From Candidatus Poribacteria bacterium (lineage in GTDB: Bacteria > Poribacteria > WGA-4E > PCPOR2b): DNA of 64,000 nt. Each line of letters opens with the position of its first letter. Position 1 is the stretch's first letter. Below, one piece after another: positions 10,793-19,899 of the stretch. The notes below the pieces were generated by a model. The model was not told the DNA's origin. It searched no databases and was given only the letters and a program-made list of their open reading frames with translations. The stretch covers positions 96,001 to 160,000 of the forward strand of contig OZ242326.1 in assembly GCA_965208325.1 (NCBI GenBank). The letters run 5' to 3'. The translations under genes and the position numbers were made by a program.

Positions 10793-11464
10793 TCAGAACG
10801 GAAGGGATTGAATAGTATTCCCTATCCAATCATTCACTAAAAAATCTACGCGTTGAATCAGCAACGAAACACGACCCATCACCGTATTGCCGAACGCAGA
10901 ACCAAATCCGACCATCAGGAAAACTATGCCAACCTTGGAAATCCCGCCGACAACTCCGCGATGTTCGACTGAGAAGAAGAAGTAGGTCAGTGTTGCAATG
11001 ACACCAATAAACATTAGGATTGCGCCAAAAATTTCAAACGGACCTAGTTTTCCAGCGTAAATCTGTGCGAACGGCACGAGTGTTCCATGAAGCTGACGAA
11101 AAATACTTGCGTCCATTACATTGGGGATCGCCAAACCAGAACCTACGCCGATAAGGATTGCGAACGGATATCGAATTATCCATGCGTGTTTTGGAACGAG
11201 GCGCGCAAAAAACATCAGGCCAATTGCAATAGGGATAAGTTTCAGTAAACCTGCAGCCTCCCGCTCCGTCACCGCCTTCCAGAAGGGATTCCAAGCAAAA
11301 GGAATCAACCCGTCATGGATTGAAAGTACAATGCCGTAGCCTACCGAAACCCCGAGGAAAAGATGCTCGGCAAATCGATAAAATGGATTGTCACGGTAAA
11401 GAAAACTGTAGATGCAGAGTGTGAGAAATGCGGCTACCCAAACACCAAATAATTCCATACGCAA
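10793..11464 (-). CDS. Polytopic membrane protein of unknown function (gene 4 of DUF6754-type operon)
   Basis: 6-7 hydrophobic segments; YSFLYRDNPFYRFAEHLFLG and FGSAFGNTVMGR. Confidence 0.8.
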   Translation of the reverse strand: MRMELFGVWVAAFLTLCIYSFLYRDNPFYRFAEHLFLGVSVGYGIVLSIHDGLIPFAWNPFWKAVTEREAAGLLKLIPIAIGLMFFARLVPKHAWIIRYPFAILIGVGSGLAIPNVMDASIFRQLHGTLVPFAQIYAGKLGPFEIFGAILMFIGVIATLTYFFFSVEHRGVVGGISKVGIVFLMVGFGSAFGNTVMGRVSLLIQRVDFLVNDWIGNTIQSLPF

Positions 11465-11474
11465 CCCCCCAATT

Positions 11475-12290
11475 TTATTGTTCCTTGCGGCGCCGAATAA
11501 AAAATGCGATATTGCCGAAAATTACCAATGCGACGATTAGCAGGTGCACGAAAGATTGAACGCTCATTCCTGCCGTCCCCTTCTCCGGTGCGTTAATCAG
11601 TTTTTCGTACTCCGCCGCTCCTAAGAGTCCAGGCATCAGTCCCACCAACTGCTTCGTTTGGAGATAAGGATACAACTCCGATACCATCACACCGGTCACG
11701 CCCGCAGCAATCTGTTGGTTATACCTCGTATTGGTGTAAGTAATCCACCACGCCGGTGATGAAGATGATGCCAAGTCCAAAACCAAGTCAATATGATCGT
11801 AGTTTTTGATTTCATTCATCATAGGTATTTCTCGCAAAGGCTTATCGGCATAATCGCTCTCGAAAACACTTTCGATTGAACTACCCATACCGAGGAGAAC
11901 TTGTATCCTGCCGGGTCTATATCCTAGATACACGTAATCTTCACCATTTACGGCACCTGTTTCTTCCGCGATGTCCTTTATTACTTCGTCTCCCAAAGTT
12001 GCTCCGTCCGGAAAAAGCGTCAAACCGATGACGCGAAGCCCCCTTTTAAAGCAGTGCCGCAAAACGGCGGCTGCCATTGGTTCTAATTCGGCAAGCGATG
12101 ATGGCCCATAATTAAAAGCCATCAAAACAGTAGCGTCCGGTGGAAGTTCGTCGATGTGGGTGTATATTTGGCGTGTCGGTTCTGAGACCGTGATTGGGAA
12201 ACTGACCTTTAAGAATGTTGGGATGATTACCGCGAGCGCTACTAGAATGAAAATAATACGTCGATCGATATTCATCAATCTTTCAAGCAT
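11475..12290 (-). CDS. Membrane-anchored alpha/beta protein of unknown function (gene 3 of operon)
   Basis: N- and C-terminal TM flanking a soluble domain; GLLGAAEYE; GGAG RBS; 5-bp gap to upstream gene. Confidence 0.8.
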   Translation of the reverse strand: MLERLMNIDRRIIFILVALAVIIPTFLKVSFPITVSEPTRQIYTHIDELPPDATVLMAFNYGPSSLAELEPMAAAVLRHCFKRGLRVIGLTLFPDGATLGDEVIKDIAEETGAVNGEDYVYLGYRPGRIQVLLGMGSSIESVFESDYADKPLREIPMMNEIKNYDHIDLVLDLASSSSPAWWITYTNTRYNQQIAAGVTGVMVSELYPYLQTKQLVGLMPGLLGAAEYEKLINAPEKGTAGMSVQSFVHLLIVALVIFGNIAFFIRRRKEQ

Positions 12291-12295
12291 CGCCT

Positions 12296-12940
12296 TTAAT
12301 CTCCTCCGCCAAGATAGGACCGCTCAATCCCCAAAATTATGCGGATAGATTGAGAAATAACGCCGAGGCTTATACCAAGTATGATTCCTCTGCGGGATGA
12401 GAGGTTTGGATTATCCAAAATCCACTGCCGCGCCGTGGATGGCAGGTCATCTCCGAATGGTATTAACTTATTCCAGATAAAATCGCCAACGGGCACATTC
12501 CCAATCATTACAATCAATGCGGCTGCAAGTAGCAAGGACGCTTCAAACGTACGTGCGCGGAAGGCGCGGTAAGCGGCGGAGGCAATAATAAAAGCCAGAA
12601 GCGAAAACATGGTCGCATCCATTGGTACCTGGACATTTTCAAACATCCACACAAATGCAGGATGCCGCTTCCCAAAAGGAATACCAATCACCACCATGAC
12701 AATCATTCCGATAAAAACTAGATAACTGTATTGCCAGTATTCCGCGCGGCGTCGAATACGAATCCAGTGTGTGTGCACAAGGGATGCAACCGCTAACACA
12801 AGTGCAAATGGCCAAATGATTAGCGACCAGTCGATAATCTCTTTCCTGATTCCTTGAGATACAGGGTGTGGACTAAACTCGGCTAGCATCATTACAAGAC
12901 CAAAAATGAAGCATAGTGCTAACGGAACTTGTCGTCTCAT
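12296..12940 (-). CDS. Polytopic membrane protein of unknown function (gene 2 of operon)
   Basis: About 6 TM; TMFSLLAFIIASAAYRAFRAR and RIILGIER; GGAGG RBS. Confidence 0.8.
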   Translation of the reverse strand: MRRQVPLALCFIFGLVMMLAEFSPHPVSQGIRKEIIDWSLIIWPFALVLAVASLVHTHWIRIRRRAEYWQYSYLVFIGMIVMVVIGIPFGKRHPAFVWMFENVQVPMDATMFSLLAFIIASAAYRAFRARTFEASLLLAAALIVMIGNVPVGDFIWNKLIPFGDDLPSTARQWILDNPNLSSRRGIILGISLGVISQSIRIILGIERSYLGGGD

Positions 12941-13006
12941 TGCACCTCCATATCGATAACTTGAAACATAAAGCGGATTGGGACCACCTGCGTTAGGCGG
13001 CGATAA

Positions 13007-14173
13007 TCAGACTCGCTGAAAGAACGTGGTCACCCAAGTTACTCCGATAAGTTCGAGTATGACTCCAATGATGAGGGCGCCGAAGATTATCAACTTTCCA
13101 TAATCCTGCCCTCTTAAACTCCCAATCAACATCGGTTCGCGCGATAAATACGCGCTTGCGGCGTACAATTCTTCTCCAATCAGCGTGTAATCGCATGCAG
13201 CGATAAAGAACGGCAGTTGTGAGTCGGAATCCGTGCCGGCTATTTGAATCGCACCGACAGAATTTCCAGTTTCGGCAAGAATTAGAGATTCCGCGTAGAA
13301 CGTACCCTGCATGAAAATTGCTGCGGGTTTTTCGCGTATCATCATCCCATCAACGCCGGCAGCATAAGCGAACTGACTTTCAGTAAGGAAAAAGATGTCA
13401 TCCTCCTGATACGCGTCCGGGCGGCCTTCGTTAACATAGGCAGTTCTCACCATTTCACGAACTACATTCAACACGATTGGGTCATTGCACGGTACCCGCA
13501 ATGGCATTTCGTAGTCTGCGGTTTTCCTTGCAACTTGACTGAGAATGTTCATGCTTGCAATCGTTGCGACGTCACTAACACTCCCCAAGCCCAAGATATA
13601 CATGATTGGGCGTCCCATCTCAGTCGATCTCCCGATTGCCTCATCGACTGCCTCAAGCCCAGGAATGCGGCGGATGAAAATTTCCTTCCCGCGGCGTGCA
13701 TGGTAGATAGAGTAAACTACAGCAACCGAAAACAGAATGAGTGCGAGGAAAATCCATCTTTTTCCGAAGTGGAACCAGTTCCCAACCGCTTTCACAGGCG
13801 CTGTCTCTGCGGAATTTACTGCTGATTCGGAAGCAGTGATAGCTTGGACGGAATATGTGTACGCTGAACCGCCTTTGGCGCCTTTATCGACATAACGTGT
13901 TTCACCCGCTGTAAGAGGGGATTTTGTAATCACCTCAAACTCCGAGTCACCTGACTTGCGAAGGACGTGGTACCCGGTGACAGCTTCTGCGCCCGTACCA
14001 TCTTCGGGTGACTTATCCCATGTGATGGTAATGCTCGCTCCGGCATCATTTGGTGTATCGAATGCGTTGACGTTTTCCGGTGGCGCCGGCTGCTGCGAAA
14101 AACCGACACTACAGCCGAAAACTAGTATGAGAGCGTTCACAACAATCTGTTGAAGCATCTTTTCAATATTCAT
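13007..14173 (-). CDS. Signal peptide + fibronectin type III-like domain + DUF6754-like membrane protein (gene 1 of operon)
   Basis: Signal peptide; FN3 pattern (PAPPENV, ITITWD, GYHVLR, YVDK, YTYSVQA); TM; IRRIPGLEAVDEAIGRSTEMGRP...LIGEELYAASAYL; C-terminal TM. Confidence 0.82.
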   Translation of the reverse strand: MNIEKMLQQIVVNALILVFGCSVGFSQQPAPPENVNAFDTPNDAGASITITWDKSPEDGTGAEAVTGYHVLRKSGDSEFEVITKSPLTAGETRYVDKGAKGGSAYTYSVQAITASESAVNSAETAPVKAVGNWFHFGKRWIFLALILFSVAVVYSIYHARRGKEIFIRRIPGLEAVDEAIGRSTEMGRPIMYILGLGSVSDVATIASMNILSQVARKTADYEMPLRVPCNDPIVLNVVREMVRTAYVNEGRPDAYQEDDIFFLTESQFAYAAGVDGMMIREKPAAIFMQGTFYAESLILAETGNSVGAIQIAGTDSDSQLPFFIAACDYTLIGEELYAASAYLSREPMLIGSLRGQDYGKLIIFGALIIGVILELIGVTWVTTFFQRV

Positions 14174-14311
14174 CCGCTTTCACCGCCTCCTAACGTTTCC
14201 CTTTGAGTCTATGATTGTTGCCGCGGCAATTGGGTGCGTGAATCAATCTACCGATAAAACTGTCAACGCGGCTGTATTCTAACACATTGGCGCCATCTTT
14301 CCAAGACCTAA

Positions 14312-15358
14312 TTAAAGCCGCGGTGTTGGGACACCAAACGAGGATGCTGTTTCAACTAGTTTATTCCATGTTTTATCTTCAATTGGAATTCCGGTTTTCA
14401 ACCGTTCCTCCCGGCTTAGTATTTCGAATTCACCCGGGACATAAATGTCCTCAACCCCCGGCAGCCGTGGGGACGATTTTACCCAATCAATTAGAGCTTC
14501 GATCTCCTCACGATATACTTCTAAATCGATAAAGTCTTCTATTCGTATAGCAATCATTACGATACCGCTGGCACCGCGCGTCGGATTGGCTTGGCTGCAT
14601 CCCGCCCATGATAGGCCCCCGGCAATAGCATCAATCATGAATCCCAAGCCAAAGCCTTTGTGGCCGAATTGGAACCCGCCGAGCGGCATAATCGCTGAAC
14701 CGTCCGGGCAATCCCGTAGCGCAGATGGATCGGTCACGGCGTTCCCTTCCCGATCGATCATCCAACCCTCCGGCATTTTCTCATTCCGCGCTGCCTTGAG
14801 GAGAACCTTACCACCCGCTACAACGGTGGTTGTCATGTCGAGCATTAGCGGTTCACCATTCTTGCGGGGAACAGCAATGGCAATCGGATTGGGAGGCAAT
14901 CGCCGCGCGGAACCTCCAAATGGGTGCATCAATTGGCCGCCGCCATTCAGCAGTATTATGCCAATCATCCCCTCCCTTGCAGCTCTCGGCGGGTAATCTC
15001 CCATGCGGCCGGCATGCCCGCAGCCGTGCAGCCCAACCGCACCAATCGTGTTCGTTCTTGCTTTTTCTATTGCGAGTGCCATCCCCTTGCACGCCGCTAC
15101 CATCCCAAGCGCCCCGTTCGCATCAATAACGGCACTCGACGGGGTCTCACGAACAATCTCCAACTTACCCGTTGATGCGCCGCCTAGCATTTCATTGACA
15201 TATGTAGGCGCGTTAATTACGCCGTGAGAGTCGTGCCCTGCAAGATTAGAATCTACAACGTGGTCACTGACGATTCGGGCATCTTCCTCAACACCGCCCG
15301 CCGCAATGTACATATCATATACAAATTCCCTGAGAACATCATGTTGAATAATAGGCAT
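14312..15358 (-). CDS. Ldh_2 family (malate/L-lactate/hydroxycarboxylate) dehydrogenase
   Basis: GHDSHG, GHAGRMG, NPIAIA, LDMTT, GHKGFGL, YVPGE. Confidence 0.92.
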   Translation of the reverse strand: MPIIQHDVLREFVYDMYIAAGGVEEDARIVSDHVVDSNLAGHDSHGVINAPTYVNEMLGGASTGKLEIVRETPSSAVIDANGALGMVAACKGMALAIEKARTNTIGAVGLHGCGHAGRMGDYPPRAAREGMIGIILLNGGGQLMHPFGGSARRLPPNPIAIAVPRKNGEPLMLDMTTTVVAGGKVLLKAARNEKMPEGWMIDREGNAVTDPSALRDCPDGSAIMPLGGFQFGHKGFGLGFMIDAIAGGLSWAGCSQANPTRGASGIVMIAIRIEDFIDLEVYREEIEALIDWVKSSPRLPGVEDIYVPGEFEILSREERLKTGIPIEDKTWNKLVETASSFGVPTPRL

Positions 15359-15422
15359 TAATCTCCTCTACGCTATTGGTCAGTACCCCGCGACATCATC
15401 TATGCAAGGTCATTCTGAATCG

Positions 15423-16505
15423 TTACGCCTCATATTTCGGCTGGTTGGCTCCACGGTTTCTTTGCAGTCGCAACTTGCATCCCTTTAACGGAATATCTAC
15501 CCGAGCGCCGTTTTGCAGATGAGATTCCATGAACGCAAAGATTAACTCTGTGCTTGCGTGTGCTACCCGTACACCGCCGCGCGTCGGCTCGCCGGTGTCT
15601 AAAGCGTGAACCAAATCCTCAATGAGATTCGCCGTGCTGCTCGTGTTTTCGAATTCTGGGAATCGCTCGGGCGCAAAACTAGCGCCCCATCCGGGAATAT
15701 TAGTCTGGCGGCGCAAATTCCACCGCCAGCCGTTGTTAAAACACGCGAGACTGCCGCTTTCACAAATGGCTTCCCATTCGCTCGAACGCGGCGATAAAAG
15801 CGCGTATCCGGTTACGCCGTTCTGGAACTGAATCATCCCGTGCGCTACGGGATCTTCCCGCACAATTTCGCCGTCGAATATCCCTTCGCTGTTGGGAACG
15901 TGTGCCGAGACCCATGACGCCGGCTGATCAGAATTTAATCGAAAAATCAGATCAAAGTTATGACTGGCGGTGTTGAAAAGGGTTCCGTTAGCGTAGACAA
16001 TCAGAGTTTTGAGCGAGCCTAACTCGCCGCTGTCAATGACTTCTTTCATAGTGTCGAAGCCCACGTCCCAACGGCGGTTTGTACCCAAGTTAAAAAAGAC
16101 ACCGTTGCGTTCAACGGATTCTACCATCGCATCCGCTTCGTCCATTGAGGCAGCCATTGCCTTTTCAGCATAAATTGCCTTGACGTTGTGTTCAGCAGCG
16201 TGGATGACGATTTCTGCGCGTTGTTCGGGCTGCGTCGCGACACTCACGATATCGGGTTGTTCCTTCTCGATTAACTCTCGGTAATCAATATATTGCCTAT
16301 TTTTCGGCACTTCGTACCGCGTCCCGAATACCGACATAACGTCAGCGCGAAGATCTGAGCAAGCGATGAGCTCAATTCGCTCTTCTGCGTAAAAACCCGC
16401 CGCATGTGAATACGGTAGTGCAATCCCGCGATTGCCGATAACTTCGTTGTCAATGAATGCTCCCATTCGGCTACAGCCAATTACAGCAGCACGGTATATT
16501 TTCAT
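15423..16505 (-). CDS. Gfo/Idh/MocA family NAD(P)-dependent oxidoreductase
   Basis: N-terminal AAVIGC.RMG, PDIVSVAT, YAEKAMA, ASHNFD. Confidence 0.9.
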   Translation of the reverse strand: MKIYRAAVIGCSRMGAFIDNEVIGNRGIALPYSHAAGFYAEERIELIACSDLRADVMSVFGTRYEVPKNRQYIDYRELIEKEQPDIVSVATQPEQRAEIVIHAAEHNVKAIYAEKAMAASMDEADAMVESVERNGVFFNLGTNRRWDVGFDTMKEVIDSGELGSLKTLIVYANGTLFNTASHNFDLIFRLNSDQPASWVSAHVPNSEGIFDGEIVREDPVAHGMIQFQNGVTGYALLSPRSSEWEAICESGSLACFNNGWRWNLRRQTNIPGWGASFAPERFPEFENTSSTANLIEDLVHALDTGEPTRGGVRVAHASTELIFAFMESHLQNGARVDIPLKGCKLRLQRNRGANQPKYEA

Positions 16506-16559
16506 AATCTAAACTCCTATACCTCGAAATCGAGCACGAGATGAGAAATATTACCCGCT

Positions 16560-17675
16560 TTACAAAAGTGCCTCGCCTGTTTCATTGTCAAAAAGATGTA
16601 TCCGTTCGGGAACGAAACTCATCCAAATCTTCTGTCCAATCCGGACATCATGCATAGGGGCTGTCCGAGCCTTTACGACGACATCTGTGCCTTCTTGACT
16701 CTTTCCAAGCGATATATCTACTATGGTTTCGGCCCCGAGCGGTTCAAAACCATAGACCTCCGCAGCGACGCTGCCTCCATCCTGGTCCGAACCAACCACT
16801 ACATCCTCGGGATGCACACCCAAAATCAGATCGCTACTCATTCTGGACCCTATCAGAGCGTGAGTAAGCCGATTATTTTTAATCTCAATTTGTAGTCTTC
16901 CTATTAGCGTCAATATGGTTTTGTCATCAACAATGACTAAGTTACAAGGAATTAGGTTTATGCTGGGATTGCCAATAAAGTTGGCGACGAGAAGATTGGC
17001 AGGAGAATGGTAAACCTCTTTTGGCGTACCGACTTGCTGAATGCAGCCCCGATCTAATACCGCTATTCGATCCGCCATTGACATGGCTTCAATCTGATCA
17101 TGCGTAACATATAACGTAGTTGCCTCAAGTTGGCGCTGCCGCCACTTAATTTCCGCCCGCATCTCGGCGCGAAGTTTTGCATCAAGATTTGAGATTGGTT
17201 CGTCCATTAGGAAAAGCCGTGGATGCCGCACCATGGCGCGGCCAAGCCCAACGCGCTGCGTTTCACCTCCGCTAAGTTGATTCGGTTTGCGCTGCAGGAG
17301 GTGCCCGATGTGCAACATCTCGGCAATGTCGTTCACCCGACGATTGATTTCCGGTTCCGGCATTTCACGTGGATACAGCGGGAATGCCATATTCTGGTAG
17401 ACCGTCAGATGCGGGTAGAGTATATGTGATTGAAATACAAAGGCGACATCTCGTTCAGCCGGAATGAAATCGTTGATTCGCTCACCATCAAAATAGATAG
17501 AACCTTCATCCGGGCGGTCAAGTCCAGCGATGCATCGCAGTGAGGTCGTCTTACCTGCACCCGTTTGACCAAGTAACACGAAGAATTCCTCGTTGTTTAT
17601 CTCCAGATTGATGTTGTCAAGGGCTACGACTTCATCGAATCGTTTGGTGAGATTTTCCAGTTTGACAGCTGTCAT
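16560..17675 (-). CDS. CUT1 sugar ABC transporter ATP-binding protein (MalK-like, C-terminal TOBE)
   Basis: Walker A GQTGAGKTT, signature LSGGETQR, LMDEP, YVTHDQ. Confidence 0.95.
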   Translation of the reverse strand: MTAVKLENLTKRFDEVVALDNINLEINNEEFFVLLGQTGAGKTTSLRCIAGLDRPDEGSIYFDGERINDFIPAERDVAFVFQSHILYPHLTVYQNMAFPLYPREMPEPEINRRVNDIAEMLHIGHLLQRKPNQLSGGETQRVGLGRAMVRHPRLFLMDEPISNLDAKLRAEMRAEIKWRQRQLEATTLYVTHDQIEAMSMADRIAVLDRGCIQQVGTPKEVYHSPANLLVANFIGNPSINLIPCNLVIVDDKTILTLIGRLQIEIKNNRLTHALIGSRMSSDLILGVHPEDVVVGSDQDGGSVAAEVYGFEPLGAETIVDISLGKSQEGTDVVVKARTAPMHDVRIGQKIWMSFVPERIHLFDNETGEALL

Positions 17676-17732
17676 AGGACGATTGCAGAGAAACAGTGAC
17701 TCTTACAAACGAGAATATACGCAATTATGAAT

Positions 17733-18950
17733 CTACTTTTTCACTGCTCCAAACGTAACGCCGCGAAGGAGATGCGCCCGCATAATGAACGTGAAAATCG
17801 CAACGGGCAACAGAAACACAAAGGTCTTTGCCGCAATCTGACCCCACTCTATGCCGCCAGAGCCAATCTCGCTCGGGATTGAAGGCGGTGCCGTTACAGC
17901 TTTACCGCCAACTTCCGTCAAGACTAGCGCGAACACAAACTCATTCCACGCCGTGATTAAACAGAAAACCGCAGTGGCGGCGATACCTGTCACGGATTGT
18001 GGAAGAACAACCTTTACGAAAGTTTGAAATCGAGTATACCCGTCGACAAGCGCGGCGTCTTCATACTCTTTTGGGATTTCATCAATGAAGCCCTTCATAA
18101 GCCAAACTGCGAAGGATACGTTAAAAGTTGTATAAAGCAGGATGAGTCCAAAATGAGTATCGCGCAACCCCAGTGCGCTGTACATCAGATAAATCGGGAT
18201 GACCACAACCACTGGCGGAAGCATGCGGGTACTCAGAATAAAGAAGAGCAAATCCTCTTTTCCCGCCACCTTAAACCGTGAAAACGCGTAGGCCGACAAT
18301 GTGCCTAACGAAACGGCGAGTAGAGTGCTAGCAAATCCAATGATGATACTATTCGACAGTTGATGGAAAAATTTTGATCCGCTGCATGCAAGCGACAAGC
18401 AAACAGCAATGACTGACAAGATGACATGGCTAATGAAAGAATATCGAATTAATTTGAAGTCTGTTTTGTTTTTCGGTGAGATGAACAAGTAGGCGGCGAC
18501 GCCGTAGATAATTAGCATCAGGAAGTTATAGCGGACTGTAGCTACAAACGCATACATGCAGGTTAAAACCAGCACCCCGCTCCAAATATGCGTAAATCGG
18601 AACATTAGCGCCGTACTTTGAACAAGCGGAAGAAGGCACAATATTCCCACAATAGCCTGTGTTACAAAAATATACGTGAGGAAGTCCACTTCAGCCGGCA
18701 TCAATGCTTGATAATGGTCTAACGTCCATTCAAACAGCAACAGTTTTGGCGTTTTGTCATGAATGTCGCCCGATGCCTTTAAAGAGGTGGTAACAATCCA
18801 GTATATCGGGATCAAATAGACAATAGCAGCTATCGCTATCAGAACCAGCGCTGTGTGATGCCGCAGTCTTTTGCGCGTTGCTCCGTGCGATCGGATTTTG
18901 GGGCGTTTAACGCCATCCCGCGAAATTTCACCTTCCGCAATTCGAGACAT
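17733..18950 (-). CDS. Carbohydrate ABC permease (MalG-type) with extra internal TM insertion
   Basis: EAA loop EDAALVDG, AWNEF; 405 aa, longer than usual. Confidence 0.9.
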   Translation of the reverse strand: MSRIAEGEISRDGVKRPKIRSHGATRKRLRHHTALVLIAIAAIVYLIPIYWIVTTSLKASGDIHDKTPKLLLFEWTLDHYQALMPAEVDFLTYIFVTQAIVGILCLLPLVQSTALMFRFTHIWSGVLVLTCMYAFVATVRYNFLMLIIYGVAAYLFISPKNKTDFKLIRYSFISHVILSVIAVCLSLACSGSKFFHQLSNSIIIGFASTLLAVSLGTLSAYAFSRFKVAGKEDLLFFILSTRMLPPVVVVIPIYLMYSALGLRDTHFGLILLYTTFNVSFAVWLMKGFIDEIPKEYEDAALVDGYTRFQTFVKVVLPQSVTGIAATAVFCLITAWNEFVFALVLTEVGGKAVTAPPSIPSEIGSGGIEWGQIAAKTFVFLLPVAIFTFIMRAHLLRGVTFGAVKK

Positions 18951-18951
18951 T

Positions 18952-19866
18952 TTATGCCTCCCGCAATCGGTTCAGATATTTGACGTAGATGTTGCTGAGT
19001 GCCACAATGACAACCAGAAGAATGTATGCCATAGCGCACGCTTTTCCCGTGTTGTAGCTTCGAAACGCCAACCTGTATAAATTCATCGAAACAGTCTCGG
19101 TCGCAGTGCCCGGTCCCCCTTCATGCGTGAGCACATAAACAATGTCAAACATTTTGAAAGCATCCATTGTGCGAAACAGCAGGGCAATTAGCAGAAGTGG
19201 AGACACCAATGGTAAGGTAATTTGACGAAATTTGAACCAGCCGGACGCGCGGTCCACATCCGCTGCTTCATAGAGGTATTTTGGGACAGCCGAGAGTCCG
19301 GCCAATGAGATTAACATCATGAATGGCGACCACATCCACGTATCGACAATAACAACTGCAATCATCGCCATGTTTGGGCTTGTTGTCCAGGGAATCGAAT
19401 CGCGGTTTAAAGCGTTCAAGAGCGGGCTTAGAAAATAGTTGACCAATCCTGAAGCATCCGAGGCCAAAATGAAGCGCCAGAACAACCCGACAACTACGGG
19501 GGAGAGCATCATCGGTAGGAGAATCAGCGTTGTCACCAAGCCCTTATATCGAAATTGCCGGTTAAGCAACAGTGCAAGTCCGAAGCCGATGATAAATTGC
19601 GCAGCAACCGCGAGCACGACAAAATAAGCCGTCGTTCGGAAATACTCCCATATTTCGGGATCTGAGAGCAATTGCGCGTAGTTGCGAACGCCGATGAATT
19701 TCGGGAGGCGATTGGGAAGTGAAGCTTTATAACGATGAAAACTCAGATATAACGACCATAGAAGCGGGAATATATTCATCAAGATGAGCAATATCATTGT
19801 TGGCATGATAAACGCCATCTTGATTTGATAGTCGCTCAACCCACGAGCAAAACGGATTTTTTGCAT
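18952..19866 (-). CDS. Carbohydrate ABC permease (MalF-type)
   Basis: FIGVRNY, W..SPF, LYEAADVD.AS, FDIVY..T..GGPG. Confidence 0.93.
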   Translation of the reverse strand: MQKIRFARGLSDYQIKMAFIMPTMILLILMNIFPLLWSLYLSFHRYKASLPNRLPKFIGVRNYAQLLSDPEIWEYFRTTAYFVVLAVAAQFIIGFGLALLLNRQFRYKGLVTTLILLPMMLSPVVVGLFWRFILASDASGLVNYFLSPLLNALNRDSIPWTTSPNMAMIAVVIVDTWMWSPFMMLISLAGLSAVPKYLYEAADVDRASGWFKFRQITLPLVSPLLLIALLFRTMDAFKMFDIVYVLTHEGGPGTATETVSMNLYRLAFRSYNTGKACAMAYILLVVIVALSNIYVKYLNRLREA

Positions 19867-19899
19867 AGATTCTATTGTGCAAATTAGTCAAGACGTAAT

